Origin: Octopus sinensis
Taxonomy: Eukaryota
Direction of reading: 5' to 3'
NCBI RefSeq assembly: GCF_006345805.1
Contig: NC_042998.1
Location: 187,054,001 to 187,118,000, forward strand
Length of the DNA: 64,000 bases
Below, piece after piece: positions 25,352 through 39,229 of this stretch; the first letter of the stretch is position 1; each line of letters begins with the position of its first letter. Under the pieces are notes generated by a model. The model was not told the origin of the DNA. It did no database searches and saw nothing but the letters and a program-made list of their open reading frames with translations. A program made the translations under genes and the position numbers.

Positions 25352-26405
25352 CATGGCTGCTGCTCTTCTCTTTTGACTAAGCGATCAAGGAAAAGTGCCC
25401 AACGCCTGAGAGAAGGACGAAATGGTCTTGACCAGAATACCTTTTGATCAAAGTCTGCTCAACCACAACTGGCCTTGAGCTAAACAATAACAACTACATT
25501 AAAAATTAAAAAGTCCATGGTACGTAGGTCAAGGCACCAATCCAGTTTTGAAAATGCATAACTAATAGTAAAAGCTGTTATATCTATACGTACAAGATCA
25601 TCTTAAAACGCTAGTACATGGATGGCCATGACAAATATAAAACAACTATACCCATATTCATTTATTGTTCTTTATTCTTATCCTTACTCTGTTTTTCTAC
25701 CATCGCTTTTCATATCTCATTCAATATTTTGTTTGTTCTCCGTTGGTTGTTTTCCGGATTACAACAATATCCATGTGGTTAGAATTTATCAATTTACCAA
25801 AGGGAAACGGAAAATCATTTTCGTTTTTATACTCTTTTAAAGATGAGTTTAGATATCACTTGAACTAAAATAAGACCAGAATCGATTGTTTTCAACCGTT
25901 AATCGATAGCTTTGTTGATACAGTAACTTATATCTGTCGAAATATATGAACCAGAAAAGCTAATCTTTGATAGCAAAAAAAAAAAATAATAGCGAAGTTA
26001 TATTACTGTATATCAGAGTATCCAACATCGAACGCATTGTTATATAAAATGTGTGCCCACGTACGTTATATATATATATATATATATATAATGTGTGCCC
26101 ACGCACATATATAATTCGTTTACCCATTTCGGCATTGCACAGTCACTCAGGCTCTATTACGTTCCGGGAAAATGCCGCAGGCCGCAATAAATAATCAAAT
26201 GAAGTAAACGAACATTCTAAAATGTTCTTATTTTTAATCGTGAATCATAAATAAATGATAGCAGGGAGCTAGTTTCACTTTCAGTTTGAGTTCTATACTT
26301 ACATCAAAAGAACATGTCCTTCGTTTCCTCGTTTTCTATTACGGATTATCTCTTAATTTCTTCCTAGTTTTTTTTTTTTCTTTTCAGTTTTATTTACAGT
26401 AAATA

Positions 26406-26519
26406 TCATTTCCAAATCGTTTCCCACTGCACAGGAAACCCCAGTAGGTCGCGAGCGATCTGCTGTTCGTATTTCATCACTTCGAAATTTACAATCTGTT
26501 CATATGTCTCGTTCGTGAT
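26406..26519 (-). CDS. Candidate terminal coding exon of an unidentified gene (ITNETYEQIVNFEVMKYEQQIARDLLGFPVQWETIWK*)
   Basis: Acceptor TTTTGATTACTCTTCCAG at 26520-21; 114 nt open in phase 0 to TGA (26406-08); protein-like composition in non-repetitive DNA; AATAAA at 26389-94. Product not recognised. Confidence 0.55.
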   Translation of the reverse strand: MTNETYEQIVNFEVMKYEQQIARDLLGFPVQWETIWK

Positions 26520-26994
26520 CTGGAAGAGTAATCAAAATCTTTTAGAAATGTACACGTTTGTATATATACAAATTAAAATTGTAAACGTACATCAACGGTA
26601 TATTCTTACATATCAGGAAACAAACAATTGGACCACAAGCTTTAAAACTTTACCGACCGAATACTGTTACGTAATATTCACGATGTATGATTTTGAAACT
26701 TAGGCAACAGCAATGCGGATACTTTTGCTACTATTTGTAATCATAACATGAAATAATCAAATTTACAACTGAAGCTAATGAATAATGTCATATAAGTTAA
26801 GAACTCGGAGGTATGATACATTTTGTCTGGGATAATTTTTTAGCTTTAAAACCACACTCTTTTTTTGTACTCTTTTACTTGTTTCAGTCATTTGACTGTG
26901 GTCATGCTGGGGCACAGTATATAAGAACTCCGAGGTATGATACATTTTGTCTGGGATAATTTTTTAGCTTTAAAACCACACTTCTTCTTTTGTT

Positions 26995-27394
26995 TTTACT
27001 CTTTTACTTGTTTCAGTCATTTAACTGTGGCCATGCTGGAGCACCGCCTTTAGTCGAGAAAATCGACCCCAGGACTTATTCTTTGTAAGCCTAGTACTTA
27101 TTCTATCGGTCTGTTTTGCCGAATTGCTAAGTTACGGTGACGTAAACACACCAGCATCGGTTGTCAAGCGATATTTGGGGGACAAGCACAGACGCACAAA
27201 CATACACACACACACACACATATACATATATACGACGGGCTTCTTTCTGTTTCCGTCTACCAAATCCACTCACAAAGCTTTGGTCGACCTGAGGCTACAG
27301 TAGAAGACACTTACCTAAGGTGCCACGCAGTGAGACTGAACCCGGAACCATGTAGTTGGTAAGCAAACTACTCACCACACAGCCACTTTTGCGC
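26995..27394 (-). mobile_element. Full-length family B SINE
   Basis: Same head, body and tail as 22461-22885. Confidence 0.9.
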
Positions 27395-27579
27395 TTTGTT
27401 TGAAAATTACTATGACCAAAAATTGTATTGGATCATATCAATTTGAATTATAGAAAAATCTCAGAATCAAAGAGTCAGGAAGATCATCTTAGAGGATAGG
27501 TAGAGATGAAAAGATCAACTGGATAAGGTCATATACAGTCTGTGCTTCAAGAGGTCATATTCGCAGGTTTTGTTTGGCT

Positions 27580-28180
27580 GGTGGCGAGCTGGCAGAAACG
27601 TTAGCACGCCGGGCGAAATGCTTTGTGGTATTTCGTCCGCCGCTGCGTTCTGAGTTCAAATTCCGCCGAGGTCGACTTTGCCTTTCATCTTTCGGGGTCG
27701 ATAAATTAAGTACCAGTTACGCACTGGGGGTCGATGTAATCTACTTAATCCGTTTGTCTGTTCTTGTTTGTCCCTTCTGTGTTTAGCCCGTGGGGTAGTA
27801 AAGAAATAGGTATTTCGTCTGCCGTTACGTTCTGAGTTCAAATTCCGCCGAGGTCAACTTTGCCTTTCATCCTTTCGGGGTCGATAAATTAAGTACCAGT
27901 TACGCACTGCGGTCGATATAATCTACTTAATCCGTTTGTCTGTCCTTGTTTGTCCCCTCTGTGTTTAGTCCCTTGTGGGTAGTAAAGAAATAGGAATTTC
28001 GTCCGCTGCTGCGTTCTGAGTTCAAATTCCGCCGAGGTCGACTTTGCCTTTCATCCTTTCGGGGTCGATAAATTAAGTACGAGTTACGCACTGGGGTCGA
28101 TATAATCTACTTACTCCGTTTGTCTGTCCTTGTTTGGCCCTCTTTGTTTAGCCCCTTGTGGTTAGTAAAGAAATAGGTTT
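27580..28180 (+). mobile_element. Family A SINE trimer (one headed unit plus two head-less units)
   Basis: Units joined at AAAGAAATA|GG(T/A)ATTTCG near 27808 and 27990. Confidence 0.9.
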
Positions 28181-28667
28181 CGTTTTGCTGCCTTTAGGAG
28201 AAGGCAGCACATTTTCTACATGCTTCACTTAGATCTAGAAAATGGGTATAAACCATCCTAGAATATAGCTAGCAAAAGACTCTCTCTTATCCAGAAAGAA
28301 ATTAACCATTCAACTGCTTATAAAAACCGAATCTAGAGTTAATCGGTTTTATGAAATAATACGGATTTCGAAGACATTTTAGTCGTCCTTGATTATAGAA
28401 ACAAAGTTAAATCATTCGAAGATCGTTGATTATTATCCGAGAGAGCAAGGCAAGAAAAAGTGAACAAAATGAAGTTCAAAGTCTTCGCATAAATTACAGA
28501 TACACATTGATTTCAAAACCACAATTGGTGGAATGAATAAATAAATTACAAGGGCCCAAGTCAATGATAACAAAAGGAAGCTGCTGTGGTTGTAGGAAAA
28601 AAATATTACCATTAATTTTGAATTCACTTGTTACGTTCCTACCGAATGCATTATGTTAATACATTTA

Positions 28668-29414
28668 TCTTTTACTTGTTTCAGTCATTGGACTGCGGCC
28701 ATGCTCGGGTACCTCTTTGAAGGGTTTAGTCGAATGAATTGACCCCAGTACGTTTTTTTAAAACCTGGTATTTATTTTATCGATATTTTTGCCAAACAGC
28801 TAAGTTACGGCGACCTAAACACACCAAACGCCGGTTGTCAAGTGATGATGAAGAACAAACACAGACACAAAGACGCGCGCGTGCACACACATACATACAT
28901 ACATACATACATGCATACATACATACATACATACATACAAACATACATACATACATACACACATACACACATACATACATACATGCATGCATGCAAGCAT
29001 ACATACATACAAATATACATACATACATCATACAAACATACATACATACAAACATACATCATACATACATACATACATACATACATACATACATGCATGC
29101 ATGCATGCATGCATACATACATACATACATACAAGCATACATCATACATACATACATACATACATACATACATTATACAAACATACATACATACATACAT
29201 ACATTATACATACATCATACATACATACATACATACATGCATACATATAATTATACACGACGGGCTTATTTCAGATTTCGTCTACCAAATCCACTTACAC
29301 AGCTTTGGTCGGCCCGAGGCTATAGAAGAAGACACTTGCCTAAGGTGCCACACAGTGGGACAGAACCTGGAACCATAGGATTGAGAAGCAAGCTACTTAC
29401 CACACAGCCACGCC
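28668..29414 (-). mobile_element. Family B SINE with expanded internal (ATAC)n
   Basis: Family B tail, body and head flanking ~370 bp of ATAC repeats. Confidence 0.85.
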
Positions 29415-29419
29415 GGATA

Positions 29420-29547
29420 CATACACACACACACACACATGTATGTATGTATGTATGTGTGTATGCATGCATGTATGTATATATGTATGTATGTATGTAT
29501 GTATGCATGCATGTATGTTTGCATGCATGTATGTGTGTGTATGTATG

Positions 29548-29581
<34 letters not shown>

Positions 29582-30180
29582 TGTATGTATGTATGTATGT
29601 ATGCATGTATGTATGTATGCATGTATGTATGTATGTATGTATGTATGTATGTATGTATGTATGTATGTATGTGTGTGTATGTATGTATGTACGTATGCAT
29701 GTATGTATGCATGTATGTATATGTGTGTGTATGTATGTATGTATGTATATGTGTGCGTATGTATATGTGTGTGTATGTATGTATGTATGTATATGTGTGT
29801 GTGTATGTATATACATATATATGTATGTATATATATACATATATGTGTGTGTATGTATATATATATATATGTATGTATGTATGTTGTATGCATGCATGTA
29901 TGTATGTATATATGTATATATATACACACACACACACACATACATGTATGTGTGCACATCTCTGTGTACGTTTCTGTGTTGTTTTTGTTCCCCACCTATC
30001 ACCGCTTGACAACCGCTGCTGGTTCATTTACGTCCTTGTAACTCAACAGTTTCACAAAAGGTACCGATAGAATAAGCATCACGCTTAAACACAAATCCGA
30101 GGAGTTGCTCTGTTCGACCAAAATCTCTCTCGAAGCGGTGGGTGCCTCAGCATGGCTGCAAACGAAATGATTGAAACAAG
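29420..30180 (+). mobile_element. Head-less, diverged family B SINE with expanded (TATG)n
   Basis: After the microsatellite: CGCTTGACAACCG...TTTACGTCC...GATAGAATAAG...CAGCATGGCTGC...GATTGAAACAAG. Confidence 0.7.
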
Positions 30181-30439
30181 ATGAAGATATCAAATATGTT
30201 GCAACGTGTGTCTATCGTAGTTATCAATGTGAAAGAACAATAGAATATTATTAAGTAGCCATTCAACAGCTGCGTTTGGTTGGAGGCTAACAGTTCACAT
30301 ACGGCCATTTGTCTATCTTTGCATCAATAAGCATCGTTCCGGCTCTTTGATGCTTTTACCAATTCTTGTGATATTTCCGCAACACCTTTCAATAACGACA
30401 CTGGTTTACATCAGGGTTTGTATATACTCTTGTGTGCGT

Positions 30440-30533
30440 CTGGATACGTGTGTGTGTGTGTGTGTGTGTTTGTGCGTCTATGCGTGCATGTGTGTGTGTA
30501 TCTATGTGTATGTGTATGTGTGTGTGTGTGTGT

Positions 30534-30578
<45 letters not shown>

Positions 30579-31379
30579 TGCGTGAAGTTATGTATCTCTA
30601 TGTATACCGATATTTGTACCGTTTTTTTTCTGTATGTAATTTTGGTTTGAAAATGTAAGTTCCTTAATGTGTGTGTATGTGTGTGTGTGTGTGTGTGTGT
30701 GAATATGTGTGTGAATGTGTGTGTGTGTGTGTGTGGTGTGTGTGTGTGAATATGTGTGTGAATGTGTGTGTGTGTGTGTGAAAGAGAGTATGTGTATATC
30801 TTAATGGGTATACGTGTGTGTGAGAGAGAGTATGTGTGTATCTTGTAATGTGTGTGTGCGTGTGTGTGTGAATGTGTGAGTGTGTGTGTGTGTGTGTGTG
30901 AGAGAGTATGTGTATATCTTGTAATGTGTTTGTGTGTGTAAGAGAGAGAGAGAGAAAGAGTATATATATATGTGTGTGTGTGTGTGAAGTTGCGTATCTA
31001 TATTTGCATGTGTATGCTTGTAGGTGCGCGTAAATTTCTGTATGTAACTTTGATTTGAAAAATGAGTGTGTGCGTGTATGTGTGTAGCTGTGTGTGTGTG
31101 CGTGTGTGTGGCTGTATGTGTGCGTGTGTGAGTAGCTGTATGTGTGTATTTGTGTGTGTGTAAATTTCTGTATGTAACTTTGATTTGAAAAATGAGTGTG
31201 TGTGCGTGTGTGTGTGTGTGTGTGTGCGTGTATGTGGCTGTGTGTGTGTGCGTGTGTGAGTAGCTGTATGTGTTTATTTGTGTGTGTGTAAATTTCTGCA
31301 TGTAACTTTGATTTGAAAAAATGAGTGTGTGTGCGTGTATGTGTGTGTGTGTACGTGTGTGTGTAGCTGTATGTGTGTA

Positions 31380-31427
<48 letters not shown>

Positions 31428-31580
31428 TGTAGCTGTATGTGTGTATTTGTGTGTGTGTGTGCGTGCGTGAGCGTGTGTGTGTGTATATTTGTGTGTGTGT
31501 GTAGCTGCATGTGTGTATTTGTGTGCGTGCGCGTGTGTGTGCGTGCGTGCGCGTGTGTGTGTGTGCTCGCACGTGTGTGT
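30440..31580. repeat. (GT)n field containing a higher-order ~130-bp minisatellite
   Basis: Core TAAATTTCTG(T/C)ATGTAACTTTGATTTGAAAAATGAG at 31031, 31161 and 31289; diverged copy near 30628. Confidence 0.9.
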
Positions 31581-31777
31581 GTGCTTACGTATGCAAAAAA
31601 AAAAAAAAAAAAAAGAAAAGAAGAAGAGAAACGCGATTAATAATTATATTGAGTTTAGTATTTTCGCCGTGCTTTATTCCTCATTTGACGTCACTGGAAG
31701 TTTGGGTAGAGCATAACGAAAATAAGTTATGATATCATTTGCAAACCTGATTCGCTATGGTAATGTTGTAATCCTAC

Positions 31778-31863
31778 ATTGAACGGATGCCAAGAGTTTC
31801 CACCACGAGTCGCTTCAAGTGTTGTCGATGGAGGTAACAATAACATTGGTAACGGCGAACCAA
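31778..31863 (-). CDS. Candidate internal exon (xGSPLPMLLLPPSTTLEATRGGNSWHPFN), phase 1 to 0
   Basis: Acceptor AAAATTTCAG (AG at 31864-65), donor GTAGGA (31772-77), 86 nt. Splices in frame to the 26406-26519 exon, giving ...WHPFN|ITNETY.... Confidence 0.5.
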
Positions 31864-31966
31864 CTGAAATTTTAGCACTTCATAGCATGATAATAAATAC
31901 ACGGCATATCTTAGCTCCTTTAAGCATTATAATTACTTACCGACTAAGATGAAAGTGAAATAACGG

Positions 31967-32006
<40 letters not shown>

Positions 32007-32149
32007 AAAGTAGTATCGGGTTAGGAGAAGTAGAGAACGAAACTGAAAGAGAGAAGGAAAGAGAGAGATAGAGTAAGAGAGAGAGAGAGAGTAAGAAAGA
32101 AAGAAAGAAACAAAGAAACCAAGAAAGGAAGAGGGTATGTGTGAGTGTA

Positions 32150-32911
32150 TATAAATATATGTATACATGTGTGTGAGTGTGTATGCGTGTATGTGCATTA
32201 TATATATATATACACGTGTGTATACATGTGTACATACATATATGTGTGTGTGTGTGTGTATGCGTGTATGTGCATTATATATATATACACATGTGTGTAT
32301 ACATATGTGTACATATATATATGTGTGTGTGGTGTGTGTGTGCGTGTATGTGCATTATATATACACATGTGTGTATACATATGTGTACATATATATATGT
32401 GAGTGTGTGTGTGTGTGTGAGTGAGTGTGTGTGTGTGTGTGTGCATGGATGTATGAATCTGTGTGAATTTATGTATCTGTATGCGTATCTATGTATATTT
32501 GTGTATGTACGTGCGTGTGTGCGTGTGTGCGTCTATGTATCTGTGTGTTTATGTATGCGTGTGTGTATTGAGAGAGAGAGAGAGAGAGAGAGTGTGAGTG
32601 TGAGGGAAAGAGAGACAGACAGATAGAGAGAAAGAGATGGAAGAGAGAAAGTAATAAGGGGGAAAGGAAGTGAAATGAAAAAAAGAAAGAAGCTGATAGA
32701 GAGAGGAGGAGGGATGAACGGAGGGTGAGGAGGGAGGACGGGAGGGGGAGGAGGGAGAGATGAGTGAAAAGGAGTCGTTGAGGAGAAGAAATAAACGAAA
32801 GAAAAGCGATTGATATATATTATTATATATATATATATATTATATATATATATACATGGAGAAAAAAGTGGAGATGAATGATCGAGGCTTAGAGAGTAAA
32901 CTATAAGATAA

Positions 32912-32948
<37 letters not shown>

Positions 32949-32962
32949 AGTGACGTAGTAGC

Positions 32963-32999
<37 letters not shown>

Positions 33000-33173
33000 A
33001 AGACATAGGGAAAGTGACGGTAAAGAGAGGAGACTCCTCCATTTAAGATATGTAACAGGAAGGAAGCAGACGACGAAAATAACTGCAATACATAAAATTC
33101 GTTTAACCTCATTGGTGATGCCGTGCAAGTTGGTGGGACAGTGCGACATCAGATACTATACTATCTATATATC

Positions 33174-33235
<62 letters not shown>

Positions 33236-33298
33236 ATATATATGTGTGTGTGTGTGGATGTAGTATTATATGTATGTATATATATGTATGTGTGTTTG

Positions 33299-33332
<34 letters not shown>

Positions 33333-33548
33333 TGTGCGTATGTATGTAGTATATGTTGGTAATTTAAGTATGTATGTATGAATGTATGTGTATGTATGTA
33401 TGTAAGTATATGTAGGTATGGATGTATAAATATATGCATATATATGTATATGCATGCATATATATGTAAGTCCATATGTGAGTGTGTGCATGTGTGTCTG
33501 TGTGTATGTATATATGTATGTATAAGTATATATGTATATGTGTATGCA

Positions 33549-33595
<47 letters not shown>

Positions 33596-33807
33596 TATAT
33601 TATATATTAACCCATATGCATATATATATATATATGAGATGTGTAAATTTTTTCCCTTGTTTACTTTATATATATATTATGATATGATATATATATATAT
33701 AGTATATATATATATCATATATTATATATATATATTATATATATATATATACAGAGAGAGAGAGAGAGAGAGAGAAGAAAGTGTAATATATAATATATAT
33801 ATATATT

Positions 33808-33838
<31 letters not shown>

Positions 33839-34870
33839 GAGTAATGGACATATAGGTGTGTATATGTATCTGTACGAATATATCTCATATACAGACTCGC
33901 ACACACATGCACTAATATATTATTCATATCTCTATATACACATAGGCATGCAGGTATATATACACAGAACTATGGAGACACATAAGTGTTTAATATGTTT
34001 GTTGTGTGAGTTCATCCGTCCGCCTGCTTACATTCGTGTTCGTACGTGTGTGTGTATGTATGTGATTGTGCATGTAAGTGAGTGTGTGTGTATGTGTGTG
34101 TGTGTGTGTTATGTGTGTATGTATGTGTGTATACGTATCCCTCTCTCTCTCTCTATATATATATATGTACATATCTATATATTCGTATATATCTATGCAT
34201 ATATGTATATATATATGTGTCTATATATATATGTGTGTGTGTGTGTAATATGTATGTATGTGTATATATATATATATATATATACAAGATAAGAAAATGG
34301 AGAAATAATATATTCATAGGGATAAGTGCAGACCTATCTATAAATGCTCTAATATCTACACAGCCTTCATTTTTTTTATCTTATTACGCAAAAAATTCTC
34401 ATATAAATATATACATATATATACATATATATATATGTAATATGTATGTATATGTATGTATATATACATGCATACGCTTGCATTCATGAAAACATAGATA
34501 CATATTGAAATTACAAGATCATTAATAGAACAGTAAAAATATGTAAAACATTCCCAAAGTTTAGCATTGTGTATGTACGCGCTTACACATTTACAGACAT
34601 ACAGACACACGTATATGTATACATACATACATACATAAGCGAAAATGTACAAATTCACGCATGCGATGACATGCATGGATGCACGCATGCGTGCACACTT
34701 AACGTGACTATCCAGTTAATGTGGACTTAATTCCAATCAAAGTGTCTTGTTTCTGGGCTGGAAACGCGTTGTTCCCAGCATTATTCACGATTTTTAAAAA
34801 ATATATATAACCAGAACCTATATATTCTAATAAATGTATGCACGTTTGACTATCGATAAGTCTGTGTGTA

Positions 34871-34902
<32 letters not shown>

Positions 34903-35577
34903 TGTGTATATGTCCGTGAAATGGATAAGTTAGCTGGTCAAATTGAATTATATCTATCTTTAGGTAGATACACATCTACACACATATATGCATATACACA
35001 CACACACATATGTATAGAGAGAGAGAGGCATGCATACTCACATGCATCGATACTTAAATGCATACATACATACATAGACATACATACATACATACATACA
35101 TACATACATACATACATACATACATACATACATACATACATGCATGCATGCATATAATCATACATAGACATACGTATTGAGTATGCAAATCAGAAAGACA
35201 GTTATATATCTATAAAGTGACAGAAGAGCTCTCTCTCTCTCTCTCTCTCTCTCCGTTTCTCTCTCTCTCTCTCTCTTTCTCTCTTACTATCTCTTTCTCA
35301 CACACACATTATTATACTCTCACTCCACTCTCCTTCACTCTCTTTCATCTCTCTCCACACACGTATGCACGGGCGCACACACACACTCATACATACACAC
35401 ACATACACACATACACACACTCACACGACACACACACGACACATATATACACACACGTGTGTGTTTGTTCATACAGGGCTACTCCAACCCGTCTCTCTCT
35501 CTCTCACTCTCTTTACGTGTGTGTGTGTATGCGCGCGTATATACATATATATACATGTGTGTGCATATATATTATAT

Positions 35578-35665
<88 letters not shown>

Positions 35666-35806
35666 TACATATACATACTCATGCGCACACACATATATAT
35701 ATACATATGTACCTATATATGCATAAATACATACACACACCCGCATATATGTATGTGTGTGTATACATACAAATATATATATATAATATATATATATATG
35801 TATGCA

Positions 35807-35858
<52 letters not shown>

Positions 35859-36388
35859 ACATAAATATATATATATTTATATAGATACATATATATATAT
35901 ATATACATATAGGTATATATATATATATATATGTATTTATATATATGCACCGACAGACAGGCAGAGAGACAGACTGACTGACAATAGTCATACTTAGTTT
36001 AATGTCTATTGCATGAACAGATCAATATAAGAGATATTAGGTATCAGTCGGCAATCTAATTATAAAAGTCGATGGCTAAATACGCAACGCAAAACTGAAA
36101 AATCTATGGTGATTGTTACCATTACTGTTATCATTATTGTTGTTGTCGTTGTTTGTGTTGTTGTTGTTGTTGTTGTTGTTGTTGCTGTGAACGCGGCAAA
36201 GCGGGCGGAGTGATATGCAGCATTTTTGCCGTAAGTTTAAAGTTGCAATCTATTATATGAAGGGAAAAATATCTACTAACTATAATTGGGTTTAAGTGTC
36301 TGTGTGTGCGTATGTATATCTCGCTTGTTGTGTGTCTTGTATCTATCTGGTGGCGCAGGAGCGCGCTCGCGTTCGTGGCGCGTGCGTG

Positions 36389-36425
<37 letters not shown>

Positions 36426-36622
36426 TGTGTACGTGTGTGTGTGTGTGTGGATGTGTGTGTACGAGTGTGTCTGTGTACGTGTGTGTGTGTGTGTTCATGT
36501 GTATATATATGTGTGTGTGTATATATATATACACACACGCATATACACATGTGTATATATATATGCATGTGTGTGTATATATGTGCGTGTGTGAGTGTAT
36601 GTGTGTGAGTGTATGTGTGTGG

Positions 36623-36664
<42 letters not shown>

Positions 36665-36712
36665 CGACAGACAGGCAGATAGCCAGACTGACTGACGTAT
36701 ACACATGTGTTC

Positions 36713-36755
<43 letters not shown>

Positions 36756-37215
36756 TGTATGTATGTGTGTGTATGTGTGTATACATACATGCATACATAC
36801 ACACACACATATATATGTGACATAGATATAAGGAAATAATTGTGAAAGGGTTAGTGCAAGCATGTATATGCTAGTATATGTGTGTGTGTGTAGCCGCGTG
36901 TGCTTTTGTGTGTGTGCGTGTGTGTGTGTGTATGTGTATGTGTGTGGGTGGGTGTGCGCGGGTGTGTGTGTACGGGTGTGTGGGTGTGTGTGTCCGTGTA
37001 TGATTTTGTGCGCGTGCTTGTGATAATGTGCAATTCAAGACAAAAATATAGATTCATATATGTGTGATTCATATATGTGTGTATATATATATACATATAC
37101 ATATATGTGTGTGTGTGTGCGTATGAATATATATATATGTACACACACACGCGCACATACACACACGTACACATATGCGCGTATTCATATATACATACAT
37201 ACATACATACATACA

Positions 37216-37248
<33 letters not shown>

Positions 37249-37550
37249 GCATACATAAATACATACATACATACATACATATATGCATACATAAATACAT
37301 ACATACATACATACATGCATACACACATACATACATACATAAATACATACATGCATACATACATACATACATAAATACATAGTCATACATAAATACATAC
37401 ATACATAAATACATACATACATACATACATAAATACACACACACACACACATACATACATACATACATACATACATACATACATACATACATACATACAT
37501 ACATACATACATACATGCATACATACAAGCATACATACATACATATTCAG
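32150..37550. repeat. Extended compound microsatellite zone (TA, TG, TATG, AG, ATAC, AGAT) with short unique islands
   Basis: Direct reading; includes a ~75-bp higher-order unit repeated about three times at 32170-32400. Confidence 0.9.
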
Positions 37551-37976
37551 CGATATAGATGTAAGTAGGTATGTACTGTGTACATATATATGATACGTGA
37601 GTAAAGATTAGCAAATACAAAAAGTATCGATTAGAGAAAATGGTGTTAGGGAAGAAAGAAGAAAGCGAGGTATAACATAGAAAAAGAGAGAATGAAAGAA
37701 AGGGCGAGTGAGTTTTAGATATATATATATATATATTGGCAGAAAGAAGGAGAATAAGAAGTAGATGTTAGAGAAAATAGAAGTGTGAGAAACGGCAAGG
37801 GATATGGTTTGGGTTAGTAAGTGATACGAGGGGTAAATAGGAGAGCGAATAGTGAAGAGCGAAGAGTCGAAAGAGAGAGAGAGAGAGAGTGGGAAATGGA
37901 GGATGATGAGACATAGGGTGAAAGGGTGAATGGGGGGAGTGATGCGGTTTGGGAAGAAAATGTATTTAAAGCTTAC

Positions 37977-38013
37977 GGACAACAATTTGCAGTTCCGGAT
38001 TTGTGGAAATTGC
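37977..38013 (-). CDS. Tentative micro-exon (AISTNPELQIVV), phase 0 to 1
   Basis: Long pyrimidine tract ending CCGTAGCAG; strong donor GTAAGC (37971-76); phase-compatible with the 31778 exon. Could be chance. Confidence 0.25.
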
Positions 38014-38265
38014 CTGCTACGGAAGACGATGGTGTTAGAACAGCAACCGAGACGAAGAAGAAAATATCAAACTAAATGATTTGAAGTCGAGTGACATTAA
38101 TAACCATAGCAACGTCTTTAAAAGTGATAGGCTCTGCCTTTTTTCTTTTTTTCTTTTTTGTTTTTGTTCTTATATTCATTCTTTCTTTTGTTTCATACAA
38201 AATATTCTTTAAAAAATACTTAGTTGATATAATGTAGCACTGCTAAAAATGACATGAATATTATT

Positions 38266-38297
<32 letters not shown>

Positions 38298-38552
38298 TGC
38301 TGCTGCTGTTGTTGTTGTTGTTGTTGTTGTTGTTGTGTTGTTGTTGTTGTTGTAACAGCAGCAGTAACAACAACAACAACAACAACAACTGGGATTGTAT
38401 TTATATGCGCTTCTTTGCCGCACCTTTGTTTTTTTTTCTTGCATGGTTTTGGCTCATTAGAAACCTCAGGGCTCGGCAATGCCTGCCAACGGAACACTCC
38501 CCGATAAAACAATACTGCAATTGCCTATAAATGAACGATACCGCTCTCCTGA

Positions 38553-38870
38553 ATCATCATCATCATCATCATTGTTCGACCGTGGTCAAGACAATGGAAT
38601 TTACCATGCTACGCCAGACTTTCACGGTCCATCATAGCATTACGGAGATCCTGTTGCTGGATGCCTGTATCCCTGTATCTCCTGAATAGACGTCGTCTAT
38701 TGCCAAAAGTTTTGGTCATCCTCGTGCCATTTCTCCAAACACCCGATACCACAAGAAGGTGACACCATATAATCGATCTGTTGGCGTCGAGGTCGTTGTT
38801 ATTGCTGTTGATGCAACGAACGGCTTCATGAAATAACAAAAGCCACCGAAACACTACCTGCACACAACAT
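38553..38870 (-). mobile_element. RTE-clade LINE 3' fragment
   Basis: Minus strand ...RDTGIQQQDLRNAMMDRE followed by a short UTR and (GAT)n tail. Confidence 0.75.
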
Positions 38871-39229
38871 ATTCGCGAAGGAGAAGAATGTAATCGAAGG
38901 AACTGGTGCTACCAAAATCCCGTTACTTATTTCAGAGATCTGGTGGAGTTAGAATACAGAAGACAGAGGTTCGAAACTAAACAGGGTAATGTTATGCTGA
39001 AGCTTTTCTGCCATCAAATACTGAACTCCAAAAGGCCTGAGGCACAAAAATTCTGCAAATGTCTCCATAACAAGGGAATTTTTTTTATGTGCTGAAATAT
39101 TATTTATTTGTTACATTGATAGGAAAGGTATTCATGCAATACAATTAATGGGAAAATAAGAGGAAATAGTGTAATATGACTTGCATGAAAAATGTTCGGA
39201 ATTCAACACTAGGGCTGGTTTTCACATAT

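Noticed and set aside
30303-30420. Minus-strand segment ending in a good GTATGT donor
   Set aside because: All three frames contain stops before the donor.
32901-33149. ORF segment EVKRILCIAVIFVVCFLP resembling GPCR TM6
   Set aside because: No usable splice donor, runs into CT microsatellite, and no other GPCR helices nearby; likely chance from pyrimidine-rich DNA.
38936-38985. Plus-strand candidate exon DLVELEYRRQRFETKQ
   Set aside because: Splice signals are plausible, but it is only 50 nt, isolated and opposite to the better-supported gene model.
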